A DNA stretch of 64,000 nt from Eledone cirrhosa (Eukaryota). The translations under genes were made by a program, and so were the position numbers. The notes beneath the pieces are model-generated. The model was not told the origin of the DNA, made no database searches, and saw only the letters and a program-made list of their open reading frames with translations. The stretch lies in contig OZ024741.1 in the NCBI GenBank assembly GCA_964016885.1, forward strand, positions 61,752,001-61,816,000, written 5' to 3'. Each line of letters starts with the position of its first letter. Within the stretch, counting starts at the first letter, position 1. Shown here one piece after another: positions 50,201 through 64,000 of this stretch.

Positions 50201-53200
50201 ATGTGATATTGACGTATGACTATAGACAGTGTCATTAATATTCTATAGATGAGATATTGACATATGACTATAGACAGTGTCATTAATATTCTATAGATGT
50301 GATATTGACATATGACTATCCACAGTGTCATTAATATTCTATAGATGTGATATTGACATATGACTATCCACAGTGTCATTAATATTCTATAGCTGTCATA
50401 TTGACATAGGACTATAGACAGTGTCATTAATATTCTATAGATGTGATATTGACATATGACTATAGACAGTGTCATTAATATTCTATAGATGTGATATTGA
50501 CATATGACTATCCACAGTGTCATTAATATTCTATAGCTGTCATATTGACATATGACTATAGACTGTGTCATTAATATTCTATAGATGTGATATAGACATA
50601 TGACTATAGACTGTGTCATTAATATTCTATAGATGTGATATTGACATATGACTATAGACAGTGTCATTAATATTCTATAGATGTGATATTGACATATGAC
50701 TATAGACAGTGTCATTAATATTCTATAGATGTGATATTGACATATGACTATCCACAGTATCATTAATATTCTATAGATGTGATATTGACGTATGACTATA
50801 GACAGTGTCATTAATATTCTATAGATGTGATATTGACGTATGACTATCCACAGTGTCATTAATATTCTATAGATGTGATATTGACATATGACTATAGACT
50901 GTGCCATTAATATTCTATAGATGTGATATTGACATATGACTATAGACTGTGTTATTAATATTCTATAGATGTGATATTGACATATGACTATGGACAGTGT
51001 CATTAATATTCTATAGATGTGATATTGACATATGACTATCCACAGTGTCATTAATATTCTATAGATGTGATATTGACATATGACTATAAACAGTGTCATT
51101 AATATTCTATAGATGTGATATTGACATATGACTATAGACAGTGTCATTAATATTCTATAGATGTGATATTGACATCTGACTATAGACAGTGTCAGTAATA
51201 TTCTATAGATGTGATATTGACAAATGACTATCCACAGTGCCATTAATATTCTATAGATGTGATATTGACATATGACAATATATAGTATCATTAATATTCT
51301 ATAGATGTGATATTGACATCTGACTATCCATAGTGTCATTAATATTCTATAGATGTGATATTGACATATGACTATCCACAGTGTCATTAATATTCTATAG
51401 ATGTGATATTGACATATGACTATAGACAGTGTCATTAATATTCTATAGATGTGATATTGACGTATGACTATAGACAGTGTCATTAATATTCTATAGATGT
51501 GATATTGACATATGACTATCCACAGTGTCATTAATATTCTATAGATGTGATATTGACATCTGACTATCCATAGTGTCATTAATATTCTATAGATGTGATA
51601 TTGACATATGACTATATACAGTGTCATTAATATTCTATAGATGTGATATTGACATCTGACTATCCATAGTGTCATTAATATTCTATAGATGTGATACTGA
51701 CATATGACTATAGACAGTGTCATTAATATTCTATAGATGTGATATTGACATATGGCTATAGACAGTGTCATTAATATTCTATAGATGTGATATTGACATC
51801 TAACTATCCATAGTGTCATTAATATTCTATAGATGTGATATTGACATATGACTATAGACAGTGTCATTAATATTCTATAGATGTGATATTGACATATGAC
51901 TATAGACAGTGTCATTAATATTCTATAGATGTGATATTGACATATGACTATCCACAGTGTCATTAATATTCTATAGATGTGATATTGACATATGACTATA
52001 GACAGTGTCATTAATATTCTATAGATGTGATATTGACATCTGACTATCCACAGTGTCATTAATATTCTATAGATGTGATATTGACGTATGACTATAGACA
52101 GTGTCATTAATATTCTATAGATGTGATATTGACATCTAACTATCCATAGTGTCATTAATATTCTATAGATGTGATATTGACATATGACTATAGACAGTGT
52201 CATTAATATTCTATAGATGTGATATTGACATATGACTATAGACAGTGTCATTAATATTCTATAGATGTGATATTGACATATGACTATCCACAGTGTCATT
52301 AATATTCTATAGATGTGATATTGACGTATGACTATAGACCGTGTCATTAATATTCTATAGATGTGATATTGACGTATGACTATAGACAGTGTCATTAATA
52401 TTCTATAGATGTGATATTGACGTATGACTATAGACAGTGTCATTAATATTCTATAGATGTGATATTGACATATGACTATAGACTGTATCATTAATATTCT
52501 ATAGATGTGATATTGACATATGACTATCCACAGTGTCATTAATACTCTATAGATGTGATATTGACATATGACTATAGACAGTGTCATTAATATTCTATAG
52601 ATGTGATATTGACGTATGACTATAGACCGTGTCATTAATATTCTATAGATGTGATATTGACGTATGACTATAGACAGTGTCATTAATATTCTATAGATGT
52701 GATATTGACATATGACTATCCACAGTATCATTAATATTCTATAGATGTGATATTGACGTATGACTATAGACCGTGTCATTAATATTCTATAGATGTGATA
52801 TTGACGTATGACTATAGACAGTGTCATTAATATTCTATAGATGTGATATTGACGTATGACTATAGACAGTGTCATTAATATTCTATGGATGTGATATTGA
52901 CGTATGACTATAGACAGTGTCATTAATATTCTATAGATGTGATATTGACGTATGACTATAGACAGTGTCATTAATATTCTATAGATGTGATATTGACATA
53001 TGACTATCCACAGTATCATTAATATTCTATAGATGTGATATTGACGTATGACTATAGACCGTGTCATTAATATTCTATAGATGTGATATTGACGTATGAC
53101 TATAGACAGTGTCATTAATATTCTATAGATGTGATATTGACATATGACTATCCACAGTGTCATTAATATTCTATAGATGTGATATTGACATATGACTATC

Positions 53201-53350
53201 CACAGTGTCATTAATATTCTATAGATGTGATATTGACATATGACTATCCACAGTGTCATTAATATTCTATAGATGTGATATTTACATATGACTATCCACA
53301 GTGTCATTAATATTCTATAGATGTGATATTGACATATGACTATCCACAGT

Positions 53351-54318
53351 CCAATCTCTGGGAGGGCTCTGTAGAAACAGTAGACAGCTTCTGCTACCTA
53401 GGTGACCGAATTAGCAGCGGAGGTGGGTGTTCAGAAAGTACAATAACTAGGGTAAGAACGGGATCGATGAAGTTTAGGGAACTACTACCACTGCTAGCTG
53501 CAAAAAGCTTCTCCCTCAGAATGAAAGGCAGACTGTATGATGCGGGTATCCGAACAACAATGTTACATGGTAGTGAGACCTGTGCGCTGAAGGTGGAAGA
53601 CTTACGTAGATTAGAGAGAAACGAAGCCTGCATGCTCCGATGGATGTGTAATAGTAATATACGTGAACGACAAAGCATAAATGAATTGAGAGAGAGACTG
53701 AGCATAAGAGGAATCAAATGCTGTGTGCAGGAGAGGCGGTTGCGCTGGTATGGAAATGTGATGCGTATGAAGGATGACAGCTGCATAAAAAGGTGCAGAG
53801 CACTAGAAGATGATGGAAACCGCGGAGTGGGGAGACCCAAGATGACCTGGGATGAGGTGATAAAAGCCGACCTTACCCAATTACACCTCTCAAAGGCAAT
53901 GACACACGACCGTGACCTCTGGCGTCACGCAGCAAAACAGAGTACCCGACCTCCCATGGGTACAAGCTGAAGCATATAGACAATATGCCCCCACAACCCC
54001 CACCGCAAGGTGGTCGTGGAGGTGCCACGGCAAAAAAGCACCCAGCCCACGCTGTAAAGTGTACGTGTAGGCGCCACGAAAAAGCACCCAGCACTCACTG
54101 TAAAGTGGACGTGTAAGCGCCACAAGGAAAGCACCCAGCACTCACTGTAAATGAGGTTGGTGTTAGGAAGGGAATCCAGCTGTAGAAATCAAGCCAAATC
54201 AGTTCCTGTATGAGCAAGGCATGGTCGGCCGACCAGACACTGCCCACAAGAGGACAACCCGTCTAACCCATGCTAGCGTGGAAAAACGGACGTAAAACGG
54301 TGATGATGATGATGATGA
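53351..54318 (+). mobile_element. 968-bp 5'-truncated RTE family B insertion in satellite, copy 2
   Basis: Same 5' breakpoint, tail length and flanks as copy 1. Confidence 0.97.
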
Positions 54319-57300
54319 CAGTGTCATTAATATTCTATAGATGTGATATTGACATATGACTATAGACAGTGTCATTAATATTCTATAGATGTGATATTGA
54401 CATATGACTATAGACAGTGTCATTAATATTCTATAGATGTGATATTGACATATGACTATCCACAGTGCCATTAATATTCTATAGATGTGATATTGACATA
54501 TGACTATCCACAGTGTCATTAATATTCTATAGATGTGATATTGATATATGACTATCCACAGTGCCATTAATATTCTATAGATGTAATATTGACATATGAC
54601 TATAGACAGTGTCATTAATATTCTATAGATGTGATATTGACATATGACTATAGACAGTGCCATTAATATTCTATAGATGTGATATTGACATATGACTATA
54701 GACTGTATCATTAATATTCTATAGATGTGATATTGACATATGACTATCCACAGTGTCATTAATATTCTATAGATGTGATATTGACATATGACTATAGACA
54801 GTGTCATTAATATTCTATAGATGTGATATTGACATATGACTATCCACAGTGCCATTAATATTCTATAGATGTGATATTGACATATGACTATCCACAGTGT
54901 CATTAATATTCTATAGATGTGATATTGACATATGGCTATAGACAGTGTCATTAATATTCTATAGATGTGATATTGACATATGACTATCCACAGTGCCTTT
55001 AACATTCTATAGATGTGATATTGATATATGGCTATCCACAGTGTCATTAATATTCTATAGATGTGATATTGACATATGACTATCCCCAGTGTCATTAATA
55101 TTCTATAGATGTGATATTAGACATATGGCTATAGACAGTGTCATTAATATTCTATAGATGTGATATTGACATATGACTATCCACAGTGCCATTAATATTC
55201 TATAGATGTGATATTGACATATGACTATCCACAGTGTCATTAATATTCTATAGATGTGATATTGACATTTGGCTATAGACAGTGTCATTAATATTCTATA
55301 GATGTGATATTGACATATGACTATCCACAGTGCCTTTAATATTCTATAGATGTGATATTGATATATGGCTATCCACAGTGTCATTAATATTCTATAGATG
55401 TGATATTGACATATGACTATCCCCAGTGTCATTAATATTCTATAGATGTGATATTGACATATGACTATCCACAGTGTCATTAATATTCTATAGATGTGAT
55501 ATTGACACATGACTATCCACAGTGTCATTAATATTCTATAGATGTGATATTGACATATGACTATAGACAGTGTCATTAATATTCTATAGATGTGATATTG
55601 ACATATGACAATCCACAGTGCCTTAAATATTCTATAGATGTGATATTGACATATGGCTATCCACAGTGCCTTAAATATTCTATATATGTGATATTGACAT
55701 ATGACTATCCGCAGTGTCATTAATATTCTATAGATGTGATATTGACATATGACTATCCACAGTGCCATTTATATTCTATAGATGTCATATTGACATATGA
55801 CTATCCACAGTGTCATTAATATTCTATAGATGTGATATTGATATATGACTATCCACAGTGTCATTAATATTCTATAGATGTGATATTGACATATGCCTAT
55901 CCACAGTGTCATTAATATTCTATAGATGTGATATTGACATATGACTATAGACAGTGTCATTAATATTCTATAGATGTGATATTGACATATGACTATAGAC
56001 AGTGTCATTAATATTCTATAGATGTGATATTGACATATGACTATAGACAGTGTCATTAATATTCTATAGATGTGATATTGACGTATGACTATCCACAGTG
56101 TCATTAATATTCTATAGATGTGATATTGACATATGACTATAGACAGTGTCATTAATATTCTATAGATGTGATATTGACATATGACTATCCACAGTGTTAT
56201 TAATATTCTATAGATGTGATATTGACATATGACTATAGACAGTGTCATTAATATTCTATAGCTGTCATATTGACATATGACTATAGACTGTGTCATTAAT
56301 ATTCTATAGATGTGATATTGACATATGCCTATCCACAGTGCCATTAATATTCTATAGATGTGATATTGACATATGACTATAGACTGTGTCATTAATATTC
56401 TATAGATGTGATATTGACATATGCCTATCCACAGTGTCATTAATATTCTATAGATGTGATATTGACATATGCCTATCCACAGTGTCATTAATATTCTATA
56501 GATGTGATATTGACATATGACTATCCACAGTGTCATTAATATTCTATAGATGTGATATTGACATATGACTATAGACTGTGTCATTAATATTCTATAGATG
56601 TGATATTGACGTATGACTATAGACAGTGTCATTAATATTCTATAGATGTGATATTGACGTATGACTATAGACAGTGTCATTAATATTCTATAGATGAGAT
56701 ATTGACATATGACTATAGACAGTGTCATTAATATTCTATAGATGTGATATTGACATATGACTATCCACAGTGTCATTAATATTCTATAGATGTGATATTG
56801 ACATATGACTATCCACAGTGTCATTAATATTCTATAGCTGTCATATTGACATAGGACTATAGACAGTGTCATTAATATTCTATAGATGTGATATTGACAT
56901 ATGACTATAGACAGTGTCATTAATATTCTATAGATGTGATATTGACATATGACTATCCACAGTGTCATTAATATTCTATAGCTGTCATATTGACATATGA
57001 CTATAGACTGTGTCATTAATATTCTATAGATGTGATATAGACATATGACTATAGACTGTGTCATTAATATTCTATAGATGTGATATTGACATATGACTAT
57101 AGACAGTGTCATTAATATTCTATAGATGTGATATTGACATATGACTATAGACAGTGTCATTAATATTCTATAGATGTGATATTGACATATGACTATCCAC
57201 AGTATCATTAATATTCTATAGATGTGATATTGACGTATGACTATAGACAGTGTCATTAATATTCTATAGATGTGATATTGACGTATGACTATCCACAGTG

Positions 57301-59795
57301 TCATTAATATTCTATAGATGTGATATTGACATATGACTATAGACTGTGCCATTAATATTCTATAGATGTGATATTGACATATGACTATAGACTGTGTTAT
57401 TAATATTCTATAGATGTGATATTGACATATGACTATGGACAGTGTCATTAATATTCTATAGATGTGATATTGACATATGACTATCCACAGTGTCATTAAT
57501 ATTCTATAGATGTGATATTGACATATGACTATAAACAGTGTCATTAATATTCTATAGATGTGATATTGACATATGACTATAGACAGTGTCATTAATATTC
57601 TATAGATGTGATATTGACATCTGACTATAGACAGTGTCAGTAATATTCTATAGATGTGATATTGACAAATGACTATCCACAGTGCCATTAATATTCTATA
57701 GATGTGATATTGACATATGACAATATATAGTATCATTAATATTCTATAGATGTGATATTGACATCTGACTATCCATAGTGTCATTAATATTCTATAGATG
57801 TGATATTGACATATGACTATCCACAGTGTCATTAATATTCTATAGATGTGATATTGACATATGACTATAGACAGTGTCATTAATATTCTATAGATGTGAT
57901 ATTGACGTATGACTATAGACAGTGTCATTAATATTCTATAGATGTGATATTGACATATGACTATCCACAGTGTCATTAATATTCTATAGATGTGATATTG
58001 ACATCTGACTATCCATAGTGTCATTAATATTCTATAGATGTGATATTGACATATGACTATATACAGTGTCATTAATATTCTATAGATGTGATATTGACAT
58101 CTGACTATCCATAGTGTCATTAATATTCTATAGATGTGATACTGACATATGACTATAGACAGTGTCATTAATATTCTATAGATGTGATATTGACATATGG
58201 CTATAGACAGTGTCATTAATATTCTATAGATGTGATATTGACATCTAACTATCCATAGTGTCATTAATATTCTATAGATGTGATATTGACATATGACTAT
58301 AGACAGTGTCATTAATATTCTATAGATGTGATATTGACATATGACTATAGACAGTGTCATTAATATTCTATAGATGTGATATTGACATATGACTATCCAC
58401 AGTGTCATTAATATTCTATAGATGTGATATTGACATATGACTATAGACAGTGTCATTAATATTCTATAGATGTGATATTGACATCTGACTATCCACAGTG
58501 TCATTAATATTCTATAGATGTGATATTGACGTATGACTATAGACAGTGTCATTAATATTCTATAGATGTGATATTGACATCTAACTATCCATAGTGTCAT
58601 TAATATTCTATAGATGTGATATTGACATATGACTATAGACAGTGTCATTAATATTCTATAGATGTGATATTGACATATGACTATAGACAGTGTCATTAAT
58701 ATTCTATAGATGTGATATTGACATATGACTATCCACAGTGTCATTAATATTCTATAGATGTGATATTGACGTATGACTATAGACCGTGTCATTAATATTC
58801 TATAGATGTGATATTGACGTATGACTATAGACAGTGTCATTAATATTCTATAGATGTGATATTGACGTATGACTATAGACAGTGTCATTAATATTCTATA
58901 GATGTGATATTGACATATGACTATAGACTGTATCATTAATATTCTATAGATGTGATATTGACATATGACTATCCACAGTGTCATTAATACTCTATAGATG
59001 TGATATTGACATATGACTATAGACAGTGTCATTAATATTCTATAGATGTGATATTGACGTATGACTATAGACCGTGTCATTAATATTCTATAGATGTGAT
59101 ATTGACGTATGACTATAGACAGTGTCATTAATATTCTATAGATGTGATATTGACATATGACTATCCACAGTATCATTAATATTCTATAGATGTGATATTG
59201 ACGTATGACTATAGACCGTGTCATTAATATTCTATAGATGTGATATTGACGTATGACTATAGACAGTGTCATTAATATTCTATAGATGTGATATTGACGT
59301 ATGACTATAGACAGTGTCATTAATATTCTATGGATGTGATATTGACGTATGACTATAGACAGTGTCATTAATATTCTATAGATGTGATATTGACGTATGA
59401 CTATAGACAGTGTCATTAATATTCTATAGATGTGATATTGACATATGACTATCCACAGTATCATTAATATTCTATAGATGTGATATTGACGTATGACTAT
59501 AGACCGTGTCATTAATATTCTATAGATGTGATATTGACGTATGACTATAGACAGTGTCATTAATATTCTATAGATGTGATATTGACATATGACTATCCAC
59601 AGTGTCATTAATATTCTATAGATGTGATATTGACATATGACTATCCACAGTGTCATTAATATTCTATAGATGTGATATTGACATATGACTATCCACAGTG
59701 TCATTAATATTCTATAGATGTGATATTTACATATGACTATCCACAGTGTCATTAATATTCTATAGATGTGATATTGACATATGACTATCCACAGT

Positions 59796-60763
59796 CCAAT
59801 CTCTGGGAGGGCTCTGTAGAAACAGTAGACAGCTTCTGCTACCTAGGTGACCGAATTAGCAGCGGAGGTGGGTGTTCAGAAAGTACAATAACTAGGGTAA
59901 GAACGGGATCGATGAAGTTTAGGGAACTACTACCACTGCTAGCTGCAAAAAGCTTCTCCCTCAGAATGAAAGGCAGACTGTATGATGCGGGTATCCGAAC
60001 AACAATGTTACATGGTAGTGAGACCTGTGCGCTGAAGGTGGAAGACTTACGTAGATTAGAGAGAAACGAAGCCTGCATGCTCCGATGGATGTGTAATAGT
60101 AATATACGTGAACGACAAAGCATAAATGAATTGAGAGAGAGACTGAGCATAAGAGGAATCAAATGCTGTGTGCAGGAGAGGCGGTTGCGCTGGTATGGAA
60201 ATGTGATGCGTATGAAGGATGACAGCTGCATAAAAAGGTGCAGAGCACTAGAAGATGATGGAAACCGCGGAGTGGGGAGACCCAAGATGACCTGGGATGA
60301 GGTGATAAAAGCCGACCTTACCCAATTACACCTCTCAAAGGCAATGACACACGACCGTGACCTCTGGCGTCACGCAGCAAAACAGAGTACCCGACCTCCC
60401 ATGGGTACAAGCTGAAGCATATAGACAATATGCCCCCACAACCCCCACCGCAAGGTGGTCGTGGAGGTGCCACGGCAAAAAAGCACCCAGCCCACGCTGT
60501 AAAGTGTACGTGTAGGCGCCACGAAAAAGCACCCAGCACTCACTGTAAAGTGGACGTGTAAGCGCCACAAGGAAAGCACCCAGCACTCACTGTAAATGAG
60601 GTTGGTGTTAGGAAGGGAATCCAGCTGTAGAAATCAAGCCAAATCAGTTCCTGTATGAGCAAGGCATGGTCGGCCGACCAGACACTGCCCACAAGAGGAC
60701 AACCCGTCTAACCCATGCTAGCGTGGAAAAACGGACGTAAAACGGTGATGATGATGATGATGA
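59796..60763 (+). mobile_element. 968-bp 5'-truncated RTE family B insertion in satellite, copy 3
   Basis: Appears identical to copy 2; offset 6445 bp. Confidence 0.97.
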
Positions 60764-63700
60764 CAGTGTCATTAATATTCTATAGATGTGATATTGACAT
60801 ATGACTATAGACAGTGTCATTAATATTCTATAGATGTGATATTGACATATGACTATAGACAGTGTCATTAATATTCTATAGATGTGATATTGACATATGA
60901 CTATCCACAGTGCCATTAATATTCTATAGATGTGATATTGACATATGACTATCCACAGTGTCATTAATATTCTATAGATGTGATATTGATATATGACTAT
61001 CCACAGTGCCATTAATATTCTATAGATGTAATATTGACATATGACTATAGACAGTGTCATTAATATTCTATAGATGTGATATTGACATATGACTATAGAC
61101 AGTGCCATTAATATTCTATAGATGTGATATTGACATATGACTATAGACTGTATCATTAATATTCTATAGATGTGATATTGACATATGACTATCCACAGTG
61201 TCATTAATATTCTATAGATGTGATATTGACATATGACTATAGACAGTGTCATTAATATTCTATAGATGTGATATTGACATATGACTATCCACAGTGCCAT
61301 TAATATTCTATAGATGTGATATTGACATATGACTATCCACAGTGTCATTAATATTCTATAGATGTGATATTGACATATGGCTATAGACAGTGTCATTAAT
61401 ATTCTATAGATGTGATATTGACATATGACTATCCACAGTGCCTATAACATTCTATAGATGTGATATTGATATATGGCTATCCACAGTGTCATTAATATTC
61501 TATAGATGTGATATTGACATATGACTATCCCCAGTGTCATTAATATTCTATAGATGTGATATTAGACATATGGCTATAGACAGTGTCATTAATATTCTAT
61601 AGATGTGATATTGACATATGACTATCCACAGTGCCTTTAATATTCTATAGATGTGATATTGATATATGGCTATCCACAGTGTCATTAATATTCTATAGAT
61701 GTGATATTGACATATGACTATCCACAGTGCCTTTAATATTCTATAGATGTGATATTGATATATGGCTATCCACAGTGTCATTAATATTCTATAGATGTGA
61801 TATTGACATATGACTATCCCCAGTGTCATTAATATTCTATAGATGTGATATTGACACATGACTATCCACAGTGTCATTAATATTCTATAGATGTGATATT
61901 GACATATGACTATAGACAGTGTCATTAATATTCTATAGATGTGATATTGACATATGACTATCCACAGTGCCATTAATATTCTATAGATGTGATATTGACA
62001 TATGACTATAGACAGTGCCATTAATATTCTATAGATGTGATATTGACATATGACTATAGACTGTATCATTAATATTCTATAGATGTGATATTGACATATG
62101 ACTATCCACAGTGTCATTAATATTCTATAGATGTGATATTGACATATGACTATAGACAGTGTCATTAATGTTCTATAGATGTGATATTGACATATGACTA
62201 TCCACAGTGCCATTAATATTCTATAGATGTGATATTGACATATGACTATCCACAGTGTCATTAATATTCTATAGATGTGATATTGACATATGGCTATAGA
62301 CAGTGTCATTAATATTCTATAGATGTGATATTGACATATGACTATCCACAGTGCCTTTAATATTCTATAGATGTGATATTGATATATGGCTATCCACAGT
62401 GTCATTAATATTCTATAGATGTGATATTGACATATGACTATCCCCAGTGTCATTAATATTCTATAGATGTGATATTGACATATGACTATCCACAGTGTCA
62501 TTAATATTCTATAGATGTGATATTGACACATGACTATCCACAGTGTCATTAATATTCTATAGATGTGATATTGACATATGACTATAGACAGTGTCATTAA
62601 TATTCTATAGATGTGATATTGACATATGGCTATCCACAGTGCCTTAAATATTCTATAGATGTGATATTGACATATGACTATCCGCAGTGTCATTAATATT
62701 CTATAGATGTGATATTGACATATGACTATCCACAGTGCCATTTATATTCTATAGATGTCATATTGACATATGACTATCCACAGTGTCATTAATATTCTAT
62801 AGATGTGATATTGATATATGACTATCCACAGTGTCATTAATATTCTATAGATGTGATATTGACATATGCCTATCCACAGTGTCATTAATATTCTATAGAT
62901 GTGATATTGACATATGACTATCCACAGTGCCTTTAATATTCTATAGATGTGATATTGACATATGACTATAGACAGTGTCATTAATATTCTATAGATGTGA
63001 TATTGACATATGACTATAGACAGTGTCATTAATATTCTATAGATGTGATATTGACGTATGACTATCCACAGTGTCATTAATATTCTATAGATGTGATATT
63101 GACATATGACTATAGACAGTGTCATTAATATTCTATAGATGTGATATTGACATATGACTATCCACAGTGTCATTAATATTCTATAGCTGTCATATTGACA
63201 TATGACTATAGACTGTGTCATTAATATTCTATAGATGTGATATTGACATATGCCTATCCACAGTGCCATTAATATTCTATAGATGTGATATTGACATATG
63301 ACTATAGACAGTGTCATTAATATTCTATAGATGTGATATTGACATATGACTATCCACAGTGTCATTAATATTCTATAGCTGTCATATTGACATATGACTA
63401 TAGACTGTGTCATTAATATTCTATAGATGTGATATTGACATATGCCTATCCACAGTGTCATTAATATTCTATAGATGTGATATTGACATATGACTATCCA
63501 CAGTGTCATTAATATTCTATAGATGTGATATTGACATATGACTATAGACTGTGTCATTAATATTCTATAGATGTGATATTGACGTATGACTATAGACAGT
63601 GTCATTAATATTCTATAGATGTGATATTGACGTATGACTATAGACAGTGTCATTAATATTCTATAGATGAGATATTGACATATGACTATAGACAGTGTCA

Positions 63701-64000
63701 TTAATATTCTATAGATGTGATATTGACATATGACTATCCACAGTGTCATTAATATTCTATAGATGTGATATTGACATATGACTATCCACAGTGTCATTAA
63801 AATTCTATAGCTGTCATATTGACATAGGACTATAGACAGTGTCATTAATATTCTATAGATGTGATATTGACATATGACTATAGACAGTGTCATTAATATT
63901 CTATAGATGTGATATTGACATATGACTATCCACAGTGTCATTAATATTCTATAGCTGTCATATTGACATATCACTATAGACTGTGTCATTAATATTCTAT

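Larger units (their letters stand above)
45989..64000. repeat. 48-bp satellite array (about 314 monomers) organised in 6.4-7.1 kb higher-order units
   Basis: Consensus CAGTGTCATTAATATTCTATAGATGTGATATTGACATATGACTAT(CC/AG)A; blocks of about 6, 127, 114 and at least 67 monomers separated by LINE copies; runs off the right edge. Confidence 0.98.

Noticed and set aside
47131-63989. Minus-strand ORFs up to 1327 aa of (MTLWIVICQYHIYRIL)n
   Set aside because: A 48-bp monomer is a multiple of three and has one stop-free frame; ORFs are broken by stops, a 1-bp insertion and LINE copies, and run into LINE antisense sequence.
45989-64000. CRISPR-like array
   Set aside because: Head-to-tail monomers with no unique spacers, no cas genes, eukaryotic context.

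Overview
Eukaryotic, repeat-saturated window with no convincing host coding exon. The repeat vocabulary (RTE LINEs with (GAT)n tails, tRNA-headed CORE/Meta-type SINEs, very long (TA)n tracts) resembles coleoid cephalopod (octopus-like) DNA; this attribution is inference. Layout: (1) 1-5.4 kb, a GGT/GTT triplet array whose minus strand reads as Thr/Pro mucin-like sequence broken by three phase shifts; (2) 5.5-45.9 kb, fragments of at least three RTE families (RT with an embedded C4HC3 PHD-like finger), SINEs, microsatellites, several long hairpins and Penelope-like remnants carrying minimal hammerhead ribozyme motifs; (3) 46-64 kb, a 48-bp satellite (about 314 monomers) in which one 968-bp 5'-truncated RTE insertion was co-amplified as part of a 6.4-7.1 kb higher-order unit. 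Best leads: a minus-strand recursive splice site (polypyrimidine-CAG/GTAAGT) with a 76-nt stop-containing RS-exon at 22959-23054; a minimal hammerhead at 31996-32038 inside a 420-bp partial-tandem, retrozyme-like unit; and the LINE-containing higher-order satellite. Boundaries of decayed elements are approximate and were read by eye.
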